Part shown: piece after piece, positions 50,080 to 61,916 of the stretch
Numbering within the stretch: position 1 is the stretch's first letter
How the letters are laid out: every line of letters starts with the position of its first letter
Assembly: GCA_000320545.1 (NCBI GenBank)
Contig: ADNK01002159.1
Location: forward strand, 17,144 to 81,143
Length of the DNA stretch: 64,000 nt
Reading direction: 5' to 3'
Origin: Bigelowiella natans CCMP2755
Lineage: Eukaryota > Protista > Cercozoa
Position numbers and translations under genes: made by a program
The notes under the pieces: model-generated
Seen by the model: only the letters and a program-made list of their open reading frames with translations
Databases searched by the model: none
Told to the model about the DNA's origin: nothing

Positions 50080-51827
50080 CGCGCGTGCAGACACATGCAT
50101 GCGCACAGATAGATGTACACACAATTTGGTTGACTGTACAATGATTATCTCGTTCCTCCGCCATCTTGATGGTACCAGAGAGGATTTCATATTATTCTAA
50201 CGTCGGCATCTGGATTTATACACGTGTACTAGTTATCTCCTATTCTGGGCTCTGGAAGAGTTTTGACTTTGATTCAGCTGATCTTGAGGTAACTGCCTTT
50301 TCCAACGCTTTTATCTCTTGCAATGCTCGCGCGTTTCCGAGCCGATCAAAGGCAACTTTAGCCCTGGGTTCACCTAATAGAACACGTCACCAAATATTAT
50401 TTATTAAAACCTTACTAGTACTATTTGGAAAAAATGATGGTATTCGCCCTTAACTGGGCCGTTTCGCGAATTTAACCACTCATTCGAACATTATCCTACT
50501 CGATTCTTTCCTTCTTCTCTGCAGCTCTTTTCTCGGATTCTCTCTGCTGAGCAGCGGATTGGGTGGGCTCTCTGTGAAGAGCTGCAATGATTTTCAGGTT
50601 TGGCACCTTTATTCAGGCTTTATGTATCACATTATATTAGCGTCACGGTCGATTATTATCTGCGATCATCTAACCACCTCCGGGCTGGCAACAAACTACT
50701 CATACAGAAGGAGATATGGCTGCTCGGCGCAACTTTCGCCGGAAGCTTTCTATGTTTCAACGTTGGCACTCAGTAATAACAACTTCACTATTTGCGCACT
50801 CAAAAAAGCACACACACACGCACACACGCACGCACCCCCCCCCCTCCCCCCCTCTCGTTCTCCTTCTCTCCCATATCTACATATGGAACATTAATCTCCA
50901 TTTCTTCGCATCTCCAAATTTCTTTCAGCTTAACGTTTCGATGCTAACAAACAGGTATATGCACGTCTCGATGGCCATGGTACTAAGAGCGACCGAGCCT
51001 TTATTCGCGGTAATGGTAACTAGGTAGAAGAGTATGAAGTACAATAGAATTGTCGACAAGGTTTTGACTAGGATGTTTGCGGACCACGCAACCATAAGAT
51101 TTAGCAGCGAAAGATATTATTATCCAGCTCTGCAGTCATATCAACGAATAACTACAGCACGCCCTCGGTGTATTCACCGCCATACATCCATTTCCATAAA
51201 CTTGTGCCTCCTCTCGTTCCGACCCCCCCCCCCCCCCTCCTCCTCGCTCCAAGGTGGCGATCCTCATGCTGCGAGGAGGGAGTGTCAGCTTAAAGATCTT
51301 CTGCTCGTTAATTATGATCGTCGTTGGAGCAGGCATGTCCGCTTTCAATGAGTCAAACTTGTCCCTAACTGGCCTTGGGCTGCTAGTCGTCTCGAACATC
51401 GGGTTCACATTCCGCAGCATCCTCGCCAAAGGCATCAAGGTGGGATGGGATGTGATGAAAGGCAGTCGGTTGGGGTGCGAGATAGCGTACATAATACTGC
51501 TACAGCTAGGGATATTGATGACGTGTGCTGCCGCTAGAAAACGAAATGACTTGCAGATTTCTCGTCTTCTCCATCATCATTGCCTTTGTTCCCCTCAGGA
51601 TAAGCATCGCGGTCTGGACAACATCAACATATTCTTTCATTGCTGCTGGCGGGGGGCTATCGTGCAATCGGTGCCTGCTCACTCACATCGACTTCCACCT
51701 GAAATTGCTTCGTTGTAGTTGTTCATTCGTGTTTTATGGCGATGTTGTCGTCACTGACGGTTTCACCACAGCTGCTGCTGGATCTGTTTGTTTACATTTC
51801 CCATATCTGCATCACAGCAAGTCCAAT

Positions 51828-51867
<40 letters not shown>

Positions 51868-52323
51868 GAGCTCATTTCCACCAACAAAACCACCTTCTTC
51901 CTCCTCTTCCTCCTCCTTCCTCCTCCTCCTCCTCCTGAAACACTGCGTATTCCGTCCCCGCACTACCACGGCCCTCCTACCTCAGATTATCGTGGCTCTC
52001 CTTGATGCGGACGTTGTGCTCACCTTGTACACTAGCGGTGCTATTCATAGCGGCCTTATATACAAAGCAATCATGAACGGCATCGCGTATTTCGTGTACT
52101 TGCAGTCATCTTTCATCATCCTTTCCAAGATGGGCGTTGTGTCGCACACGGTGGGAAACTCCCTTCGCAGGTCGTTGGCAAGCTCTAATGGCGGTGGTGG
52201 CGATGGTGATGGTGATAGTGATGGTGATGGTGATGGTGATGGTGCCTGTCTCATGAATTACCGAAACTGCTTCGGTTCTCTCTCGAGATGGATGAGAAGG
52301 GCTCTGAGAGAGAGAGGGGGGGG

Positions 52324-52363
<40 letters not shown>

Positions 52364-52708
52364 GACGATTTCTCCGAGCATCGTTTCGTCGCAGGACATA
52401 CATTGGTGGTGTTTTTAGTTCCGATTATATCACATCAATCAAATCTCATTGTATATGAACAAATCGCCAAGGGAGTATACAAGAAGATTTTACCAGAGCT
52501 ACGAGCTCGCTTTGCTACACGGAGCTTTGCTGACAATTTTGCTATTTTGATGATGTGCAGGCCAGTATGCATCGGCTTTGCCGTTGTTTACTTCCAAAAC
52601 AAAGTCACGGAAATGGCGATTATGGGGATCGTTCTCGCTTGTGTCGGTGCTGGAGCGTATTCAGTATTTAAGGCAACTGAGATAAAGAAGAAGGAGCATT
52701 CTAAGTAA
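49688..52708 (+). CDS. Triose-phosphate-translocator (TPT/SLC35E-like) family transporter
   Basis: MPTK|EASS...AWFFLWYGASVYCN, VLRATEPLFA, SNIGFTFRSILAK, LSKMGVVSHTVGNSLR|RPVCIGFAVVYFQN and GAGAYS. No N-terminal targeting extension. Confidence 0.88.
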
Positions 52709-52749
52709 CTCAAAGGTGACTCAGTGTATGGGACGGATGCAATGAAATG

Positions 52750-53820
52750 ATTGCAGTTTCCCAATGATCATCCTTGATGTAGCTGTGCAAAGCGGCGGCT
52801 ACGGTGCTAAAATTGTGGCTCAGTGCATGTTTTCAACATTGCACGTGAACGGCACGTGTGCGCTTTGTGATGCAACCATTTTCATGAATGCATCGACCGC
52901 GCATAGAGGTGCACAACGTAACAATTTGCAACATCATCATCAAGATGCTTTGACCTTGCTTGACACATGCGAATGCTCGCCAAATCACAAGCCACGTGCT
53001 GCGTGTGGACTGCTCTCGATGCATTATATGCACATGATGTTCGTCGCTCATTCTTGTCAGCTTTGCACACCTAGATGCATCACATCTGCGCACACGTCGT
53101 CATGGCTTGTTCCAAAACGTCCAAGCTAAGAAGTGGTCAAAAGACGTGTGCCAGCTGGCCAAAAACACTAGCACCTCACACGACGGCTTGCCGTCAGGCG
53201 CCATGTCGCATTGCTACTGTGAGTTCAGCATTCAAGTAGCTTCATTTTGTGTCATTGGCTTCAATGCACATTGACACTGGTGACACACACACAGACACAA
53301 ACACACACACACACACACGTGCTGGCAACAATGTGAAAGATTTCGTTGCATTGTTTCCTTACGTGACCATTGCACACGTGATGGCCAAATGGCAGCGCTA
53401 GGGCGAGAATGATGGTTGCAAGTGTGACGGACAGGATGATGCAACGATGTCATTCCCAGTTCCTTTTGTGCAACAATGCGGTGAAGCAATCACGTCTGAA
53501 GTGACGATTGAATTCGAGATGATGCATGTGAAAAGGGCGGAGCTGCCGTCACAAAAGAGCACACGTGCATCTCAAGACGCCCCGACGTCTAGACGTGCAC
53601 AGTGCAATTGTGATGGATGCAGATGAACATGCTTCAGCTAAAACACACACAGCCTTGCCAGTCAACCATGCGTCAATGCCTGCATATCTAGATGCAGGCA
53701 TGTGCTGTGCATGCGTAGTAGTGTGAGAAATCTTCAAAGATCAACATCTGATTGTTCGCGCATGTCGTGAATGTGTGCACATCCAGACATCGTGACATCT
53801 CGCATTTGATGATCTCAACA
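52750..53820. other. TGCA/CATG/CACGTG-rich, TpA-poor tract between convergent TPT and kinase genes
   Basis: Read directly; TpA-free runs at 53401-53589 and 53721-53829. Confidence 0.8.
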
Positions 53821-53829
53821 ATTCAGGAC

Positions 53830-56800
53830 TTAATTGTCACAATCATCCTCCCTGACACAATAGTCATAGCCATCCTCCCTGACACAATAGTCATAGCCAT
53901 CCTCCCTGCTCCAATCGGCAGCACTTTGAAGTAGCAACAACGCAGTGGGGCGCTCCTATGAAGTGTGTTACATTCACCAATGTGGTCAAGCGCGAGGAGA
54001 AACATTGCAAACTTTGAACTGTCGCTAATGTACACATTGAGTAATAACTATCTCCACTGATTCAAAATCCCTTCAGTTTCGTTCCGTGTTTTCTTACCGT
54101 GGCATCGACAGAAACCTTTTCATTCTCGTTCCCCTTTTCCAAAATCAACACCAAACTGAATTTAGTCCACATGCAATCGCAGGGTAGGAGGGCAAATCAT
54201 GGGGTTTATCGACGAACCTTCGCCATGCTAGAATTCTCTCTTTCGGAGACTTTTTTTAGTTTGCGTAGTAGGTTCACTGCGCATATCTTTGGAATTCCCA
54301 ATTCACATAGAATCTCAACATCGCAGTCTCCAAGCATGGAGTAATCTAAATCTTCTTTCAGAATTACCTAAGATCAAGGTGCCATCAATTGAACATCATA
54401 GCATGCTGCACTATGTAACGTGTCCATTCGAGTTTGAAGCTCACTGTCACACTACCGACCTCACTCATATGGCTACAACTTCAAATTTGCAGGTGCGGTT
54501 TTTATCGTAATAACTACATCTAATTGTATTCCGCTTCGGCTGAATTGCTGTTCGTTGTACCTCGATGCATTCGTTCCACCTCTTGTTTTCAACATGAACA
54601 AACCCCTTGATGAAGTCTACAACATCGTGCTTGCTCCATGAGGCTAATGGCTTTTCATTCTTGAGTTCTGGTCGCTAATATAATGAGCATAAATTGTTAC
54701 CTTTATCAATTCAGATGCCATACTTTAATAAGCTCATGTAACTTGTAAAAACGTTAGATTTTGATCGCCTCCTTTCGAAATTAGGAATTCTCACGAAAAC
54801 ACAAAAAAACGTATAACGACAGGCATGAAACAGAATAAATTTGAAATGTTAAAATTTAAACCTTGATCGTAAATGTAAAGCAACGTTTGATTAATGCCTC
54901 AGCTCGAGGAGGCAAGCTGGAATCTTGATTTAACTAACCGCAACCAAAGTTAACAATATCAAATATTTTCCTAAAATGTTCTAACATTCAAGGCACCTTG
55001 AGAGGCATTTTTCCTTTCTTAAGCTCTTCAATGTACTCCCTGGGTCCTCCCAGCTCAAAATGCGGTTGCTTTCCTTTGTTCAATATCTCCCATACAGTAA
55101 CACCGAACATCCAAACATCTGACTTCTGGCTGAATTCCTTTTGTATGAGGCTCTCAGGCGCGCTCCAAGCCCATGGTAATTTAGTCGTTTGGTCAGTCTG
55201 CATGTATATGGTGCTGTTCCCCTGCACAAACATAATGTAGAAGAATGCGAATTATCCGATGCCGTTTATATCTTATTCTGCAGATCTTATTCTGCAGCCA
55301 CTGCCATTATATGAGAAACATATACTGCTCTATGATACACTAATTTATCGACACCTTGCCGCTCCTAGACAATCCGTAATCGCCAAGAACCACTGATTTG
55401 TCCGCTTTCATAAACAGGTTGCGACACGCTATATCTCTATGTACCAGCCCGCCTGAGACGCAGCAAAATTTGAATAAAAATGTCGATATATTTCGAGTGT
55501 TTATTTGGTAATAACCAACTCCGAATGCACACATCGTTATATAATTTCACACCAGTTGATCGACTATTTATTACACAGCTTTACGTATTGATGATACACT
55601 GATGACCATACTCAACCTCCCCACCGCAACTAATAGTATCAATCATTACTTTTATGGAAAGCTGCGATCCCTTTGAGAACGCCCCCCACAATCTGCCAGA
55701 ATCTATCCGGCGAGGTCAGATCTTCTTTTCCATGTAAGGCGTCCAAACTACCTGTAATAACCTACTCATCTTATGCTGACAACGAATGATGCTGTGTTCA
55801 AATTTTGACGAATGAAAAAAGGAGATACTACGAGTTAACGCCTCCAATCGGTATTGCAAATTGTTTAGCTTTATTGCTATTGCCTTTGTCGCAGAATTCA
55901 CTAACAAAGTGAAGGCGCTTGTCGATAGTAACCACACCGTACAACAAGAGAAGGTTCGGATGCGGCTTTAATTTGGAGAAGTTCAAGAGCTGCAATTGGA
56001 CGAATTCTCAATTTTGAGTAGGATATAAAATAAATAAGATCAATCAAACAGGCATCTAGCGAAATATGATCGACAGTGCGATTGAAAGGAGGGATAGTGC
56101 GACTTGCCTCAGTAAGAAAGTCTTGGCTAAGTTTGGTCTCATTGCCAACTCTTTTCATTGCAGCAGCCTAACGATGATGTTCATTAGTATTATATCCATC
56201 GTTTCTGGTGTTGCAATCTATGCTGCAGTACGGAATGAATAAACAGACCGTCTTCTTGCCTTTGATACAGACTTCGACCTTATATACCTCTCCGAACTGC
56301 CCCTTACCGAGGTCGCCGATCTTCACCACCTAGGGAGGCCACAGGTAGCGAGGAAATATTTGGATACCATGAGCAACAATCTTAGATCAAACCCATGAAA
56401 TCACATATACGATGATCATGGAATTCATTGCTTTCGAGATAAATATGCTACCTCGTGAGGGATAAATACCCTTACATCCCCAAAGCTTAGTGATGGAGAA
56501 GCCGCACCTAACCCAGATGCATTAGCAAGCGTTTTCTCGGCCTCGCGGCGGCGGCGTGCCTCCAGCTCCTGCTCTGTCATTTTTTGATTGCTTCCAGCCA
56601 TCGATTGCTGCTCAGCTCGCGTTCTTTCTTGTTCCTCCTCGAGCCGTCTTTTGACCTCTTGGAACTGCAGGGAGGCTTTCCTCTCTTTCGCCAGCGCTTT
56701 TTTCATTTTCTGCACCTCAACTCGCAGTACCTGTGCCCTCTTTTCGGCCTCTGCGTCCTCCTCCTGAGTCTTCGCCTTCTCCTTGGCCAGGGCCTCCCGG

Positions 56801-59394
56801 AGGGCTTTGGCCGCGGTCTTTTGCTGTTCCCTCTCTTCCATCATCTTGCTGAGTTTGGAGCGCATTTCCTCCTCCTTCTTCTTCTGCTCCTCTAGTTGCT
56901 GTTGTGAGAGCTGTTTATTCTGCTGTGCGAGGGCTTCGCGCTCAGAGGCGATGCGTTTCTGTTCCTCTTCGAGTTGCTGCTGGAAAGCTTTGAACTTACT
57001 GGCCGCCGCCCTTTCGCTCTCGAGAGCTTGCTGCAGCTCCTGCATCTGTTGCTGCATTTTCTCCGCTTGTTGCTGCGATCGAACCTTGGCCTCAGAAGAA
57101 GAAGGAGTCGTGCCCAAGTAAGGACCCTTGAACGAGGGCTGAGATCTGGAGGCGTGCCCTAGGTGGAGGATGGTATGCGCTACCTGATCATGGTTTTAAT
57201 GAATTGGAGATAAAAAGTACAAATGTACAGGACGATCACAAACATGGATATGCGTATCTGTGCGTGCATGCGCGCGCGCGTGTCGCTGTGTGTCTGAATT
57301 CAGGTATACTGTACATATCTCACGATTCTATCGCTGCACACCTTCGTAAACTCCTTCTTCTCAAAGAAATCCACTGTCACGAAGAGATCGTGGTCCATAA
57401 CACCAATCGCCTTGCACCCATTCAGAAAGCGCTTGATGTTTTCCATTTTGAAATACGGCTGATTCATGCGGTTGATGTGTTTGATTGTGCGAGGTTTGAT
57501 CTTATTCACAAGTTTGCAAAGAATGTCGCCCTTCAATAGCTGCTCGAAGCCGCTCAAATTCTCCCCCATTACTTCGTTGATCCACCTAGACAAGTTTTCA
57601 AAAACAACTTTAAATTTCACCCTAGCACCGAAACTTTTGACCTACTTTAGAGCTTGGGCCTGAAGATCACCCGTAAAAACTACTGCAGTTCCCATGCTTG
57701 TATTAACCCCTACCTTCAAATCCTTCTTCATCCCTGGGGCCTAGAAGTGCATATCAATTTGTTGTTGTTCAGATACACAGTGATGCAACATCTCTTTTGG
57801 GGAGGTGTTACCCTTTTGTCGTCCATAGATGTAGATGCTGGTCTTATTTCTTCTCCACTTTGTACAGTAGCCTTCCTCTCGAGCTCATGAGGAATTTTCT
57901 GATTCTCTTTATCATTGCGGAGAAAATCAACGACATCGTTATGACCGCTCTTGTTAGCCCAGTCCAATGCGGTTTGATCTTATGCAAAAAGTAAACAACG
58001 ATTACGTGGCACAACAGCAGTATCAAGAACCATCATCTAGCCAACAAATCAACCTACCATCAACAATACAATCACAAAACACTCAACCAACCTACTAACC
58101 ATCCGAAATTACTTTGTGTACTATTTCTGCTACAGCTAATCCTACTACCACTACGACTACTACTTCTATTACTCACTACTCACTACTCAATCCTATTCCT
58201 AATGCTACTACCACTACTGCTACCAACACAAACTACCATCATCCACCCAACACAGCAACTACTGCCTAAATGCTAGCAATGCTGCAGCTGCTACCCACCT
58301 TTGTTGTTCTTCGCCTCGATGTTTGCCTTCATACCAACCAGATACTTGACTGTCTCCAAATGGCCATCAATAGAGCCGCAAATCAACGGCGTCGAACCTG
58401 GTGGTAGGTGATCCCATTTTAGACAAAAAACAACAATGACACATGCATGCAACATCAACAACCGTGCTCAAACTAACATCTGATTGATTCATGTAGGACA
58501 AATATTACTACTTCTATCAACATCATAATGCTTAGTTTACCAGTGCTGCTACTCACTACTCAATGCTAACACATCTCCTACTCCTCTTACTCACTACGCA
58601 AAACCATTACGAACACCCCTATCACTACTGCTACCAACAAAAATTACCCATCATCCACCCAACACAGCAGTAGTCCTAGATACTAACAATGCTGCAGCTG
58701 CTACCCCACCGGATTTTTCCTTCGCCTCGATGTTTGCCTTCATACCAACCAGGTACTCGACAATCTCCAAATGGCCATCGCAACATCCAAAAAACAACGG
58801 CGTATTCCCTGGTAGCATGTGATCCCATTTTTGACAAAAAAACAACAATAAAATATAAATGCAACATCAGCAACATCTAATTGATTCTCGTAAGCCAAAT
58901 ATTACTACTTCTATCAACATCATAATACTTAGTTTACCAGTGCTGCTACTCACTACTCAATACTAACAGAACTCCTACTCCTCTTACTCACTACGCAAAA
59001 CCATTACGAACACCCCTATCACTACTGCTACCAACAAAAAGTACCATCATCCACCCAACACAGCAACTACTGCCTAAATGCTAGCAATGCTGCAGCTGCT
59101 ACCCACCTTTGTTGTTCTTCGCCTCGATGTTTGCCTTCATACCAACCAGATACTTGACTGTCTCCAAATGGCCATCAATAGAGCCGCAAATCAACGGCGT
59201 CGAACCTGGTGGTAGGTGATCCCATTTTAGACAAAAAACAACAATGACACATGCATGCAACATCAACAACCATCCTCAAAACAACATTTAATAATTAACC
59301 TCTGCAAGTCTTTCAGAACCATGATGAACCACAACCCACATACACAGCAACCTTCCTGTGTGCTCTTTTCTGACACTGCTGCTGCTGCTACTAT

Positions 59395-59434
<40 letters not shown>

Positions 59435-59788
59435 GTAACTGCTACTAATAATCAAGTGCTCAATGCTACTAAAATGGCTACTCTCTCACTGCCCAATCCT
59501 GTTGCTACTACTTCTACTCTACTGCTACTTCTACTACTACTACAACAACTACAACAACTACTACTACTACTACTATAACTACTATAAGTCCTAATGCTAC
59601 TGAAAATTGATCCAACTCTTCTGTCATTCACCCAATGCTGCAACTACAGCTTGTACTGCCTAATAGCAATGCTGCCGCTGCTGCTATCCACCTGTGTTGT
59701 CCTTCGCCTCGATGCTAGCCTTTTGCTCAATTAAACGCTTCAGATGAGCGAGATCGTTGTTTGTTACCGCTTCGAAGATGCCAGACAT
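53830..59788 (-). CDS. Multidomain kinase: ankyrin repeats - calponin-homology domain - coiled coil - tyrosine-kinase-signature domain - SAM
   Basis: ANK exons (GSTPLICGSIDGHLETVKYLV). CH domain (WINEVMGE...LKGDILCKLVNKIKP...FKMENIKRFL...DLFVTVDFFE). Q/E/K coiled coil at 57117-56530. Kinase motifs LGKGQFGEV, AAMK, HPNLL, HRDIACRN, DYGLSR, LPWAWSAPESL and SDVWMFGVTVWEI. SAM domain WSKHDVVDFI...EDLDYSML...ELGIPK...LLRKL. Confidence 0.9.
53844..53908. repeat. 27-bp tandem repeat (2.4 copies) at the kinase C-terminus
   Basis: catcctccctgacacaatagtcatagc x2 + catcctccctg; the minus strand reads REDGYDYCV x2. Confidence 0.92.
58234..59271. repeat. Tandem array of ~400-bp ankyrin exon+intron modules (A-B-A)
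   Basis: 58234-58463 and 59042-59271 appear identical (offset 808). Intron blocks at about 58499-58643 and 58896-59040 are near-identical. The 99-nt exons are at 58299-58397, 58710-58808 and 59107-59205. Confidence 0.93.
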
Positions 59789-59891
59789 AGTCCCACTGTT
59801 TCTGTAATCACTGTTACGATGGGGGTGGACAATGGCAATATGTGGGGGGACGACTGTTGCGTTACCAATGGCGAAGAGTTCATAAAACATA

Positions 59892-60135
59892 GGCCAATTT
59901 TACCGAAAACTCACCAACCTAAGTAGTGAAACCACGAAAAATTAATTATTTTCTGGCCTAATTTTACCTAAACTCACCAACCGACACCACGAAAAATTAA
60001 TTGATTATTTTCTGACCTAGGAAAAGATCGAATAATGATCTAAAAATGATCGAAATAATAAAAAGTGATGAGACCAACCTCATACATGTAAAGCGTGCCA
60101 CCACGAAAAAATAATTTCCAAGTGGCCAACCTAAA
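59892..60135. promoter_or_regulatory. Duplicated motif cassette in the kinase/PhyH bidirectional promoter
   Basis: Imperfect ~60-bp tandem duplication; ACCACGAAAAA at 59931, 59986 and 60100; ACCAACC at 59913, 59976 and 60073. Confidence 0.45.
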
Positions 60136-60252
60136 AGTGATCCACCACCAGACCGCAACCTGGACCGTGACCAGATGTTCTTTGCTGTAAATATTGACAA
60201 TTTTCGACTTTTTTGAACAAATTCAACCCAGCCCCAGGAGTCAGTCGCTGCA

Positions 60253-61916
60253 ATGGGGGCCGCACTGGCCTCATTGCTCCGGCCTTGGCTCGAACCTCTG
60301 AAGTCACTCGCGTCCTTTCCGTTCTCCATCATCGATTCAGCCAGGCAAACGCTCTACTCGTTCTTTTTCGGCACGCCCAAGGGGCGATATGATGATTCCC
60401 AAGGGGACATGACTGACACTTCCAACTCCCCCTACTACAAGAGCTACACCATAAACCAGGTGAGAGAGTATACCGAGGCATTCCATCGAGATGGATTCGT
60501 GGTGGTAGATGGGGTGTTGAGCGCAGACGAGATCGCACTGTCAAAGGAGGAGGTGTGGCAGTACTTGCAGGTTTAATCCAAAAAGCACACACATTTCCAC
60601 AATCGTATGTCGTCGCCGTCGCCGATATCTCGATATCACAAAACCCACCCTTTCGCGCGAGCTAGCCTCACATGGGTCAGAAATCCACCGCTGCTTGTAT
60701 AGAAACCGCCAATAAAACACTTTCATTCTTAGCTACGACTCCACCCCATCTCTTTCAATTCAGGCGAAGGGCGACGGAATTCTGAGAGATCGACCAGAGA
60801 CTTGGGATGAAAAAAATTGGCCAAAGGAAATCTGTAGAAATGGAGGATTCATGGGCCGGTTTCCATACATTCGGAGGCTGTACTCAATCGACAAGACGAT
60901 GATAAATAAACAGCCGCAGGCGTGGAGGAACCGCCAGAATCCAAAGGTGTACAACGTGTTTCGCAACCTACTCGATTCGAAAAAACTATGGGTCAGTCTG
61001 GACCGATATGGCATTATGCGCCCAACAAAAGTGCGTGTTACTGGAGATGAGAGGAAGTGCCCGCCGTCTTCTTCTCCCGAGGTAAAGCTCGTGGACAAAA
61101 GCAGTGAATGGGCTACAAAGAAGGAGTGGCTTCATTGGGACCTCAATCCCTTCCATTTCGCCACTTCCGCCGCCGGATTCGGTTTTAACGCGGAGGTGAG
61201 TCGCGATGCAATTGCAAAGAAGTATGGCTGGACCCGCGTGCAAGGCCTTGTGACCATTACAGACTGCCCTGAGCCGGTAGGTGGTTTTCACTGTGTGAAG
61301 GGATTTCAAGGTAAGCGTTTCGAGGCCTGGAGGCGAGAGCACATGGAAACGTATGGAAAGGAGAAAGGTGTTGCGACAAGGAACTTTGTCGAGATTCCCT
61401 CCGAGGATCCGATGAGGAGGGAAATTACCAAAGTGCCCATACGAGCCGGCTCCTTACTAGTTTGGAACAGCCAGGTCATGTGAGCATCGGTTCAACGAGA
61501 ATGAGTATTCGCGAGGAATGAAGGATAATACCCAATGGATGGAGATCTTTCATACGAGAGAACAATAATATTAGATTGGGCCATTACTCTTCTGATCACT
61601 TGATGCTCTCGTTTACAAAAATATATCACCATTAAAGCAGACTATACCATGCATGATACTATGGAACTTATATCGATATTTCCGCCCCCTAACCCTTATG
61701 TTGTTGGATCAGCTTCCTCACGGGAACTTTCCGAACAGTAGCGAGAGATTTCGGATGGTGCAGTACATCAAGATGATTCCCGTGGAGGATCCGCGTGAGT
61801 TTCAGCCTATATTAGGTCTGGACGATAGGCGTCTTAAGAAAAACTCTTTTTTCCCTAATGGTTTCACTCCTTCGGACCTTGGAGCAAGGCTGTTTGGAAT
61901 AAAACCGTGGGAATAA
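60253..61916 (+). CDS. Phytanoyl-CoA dioxygenase (PhyH)-like 2OG-Fe(II) oxygenase, 3 exons
   Basis: FHRDGFVVVDGVLS, HxD in WLHWDLNP, VQGLV..TD, GGFHCVKG and GSLLVWNSQ|LPHGNFPN...RMVQYIKM (distal His and Arg). Confidence 0.88.

Noticed and set aside
53844-53908. 27-bp repeat as a CRISPR array
   Set aside because: The copies are directly adjacent with no spacers, there are no cas genes, and the context is eukaryotic.
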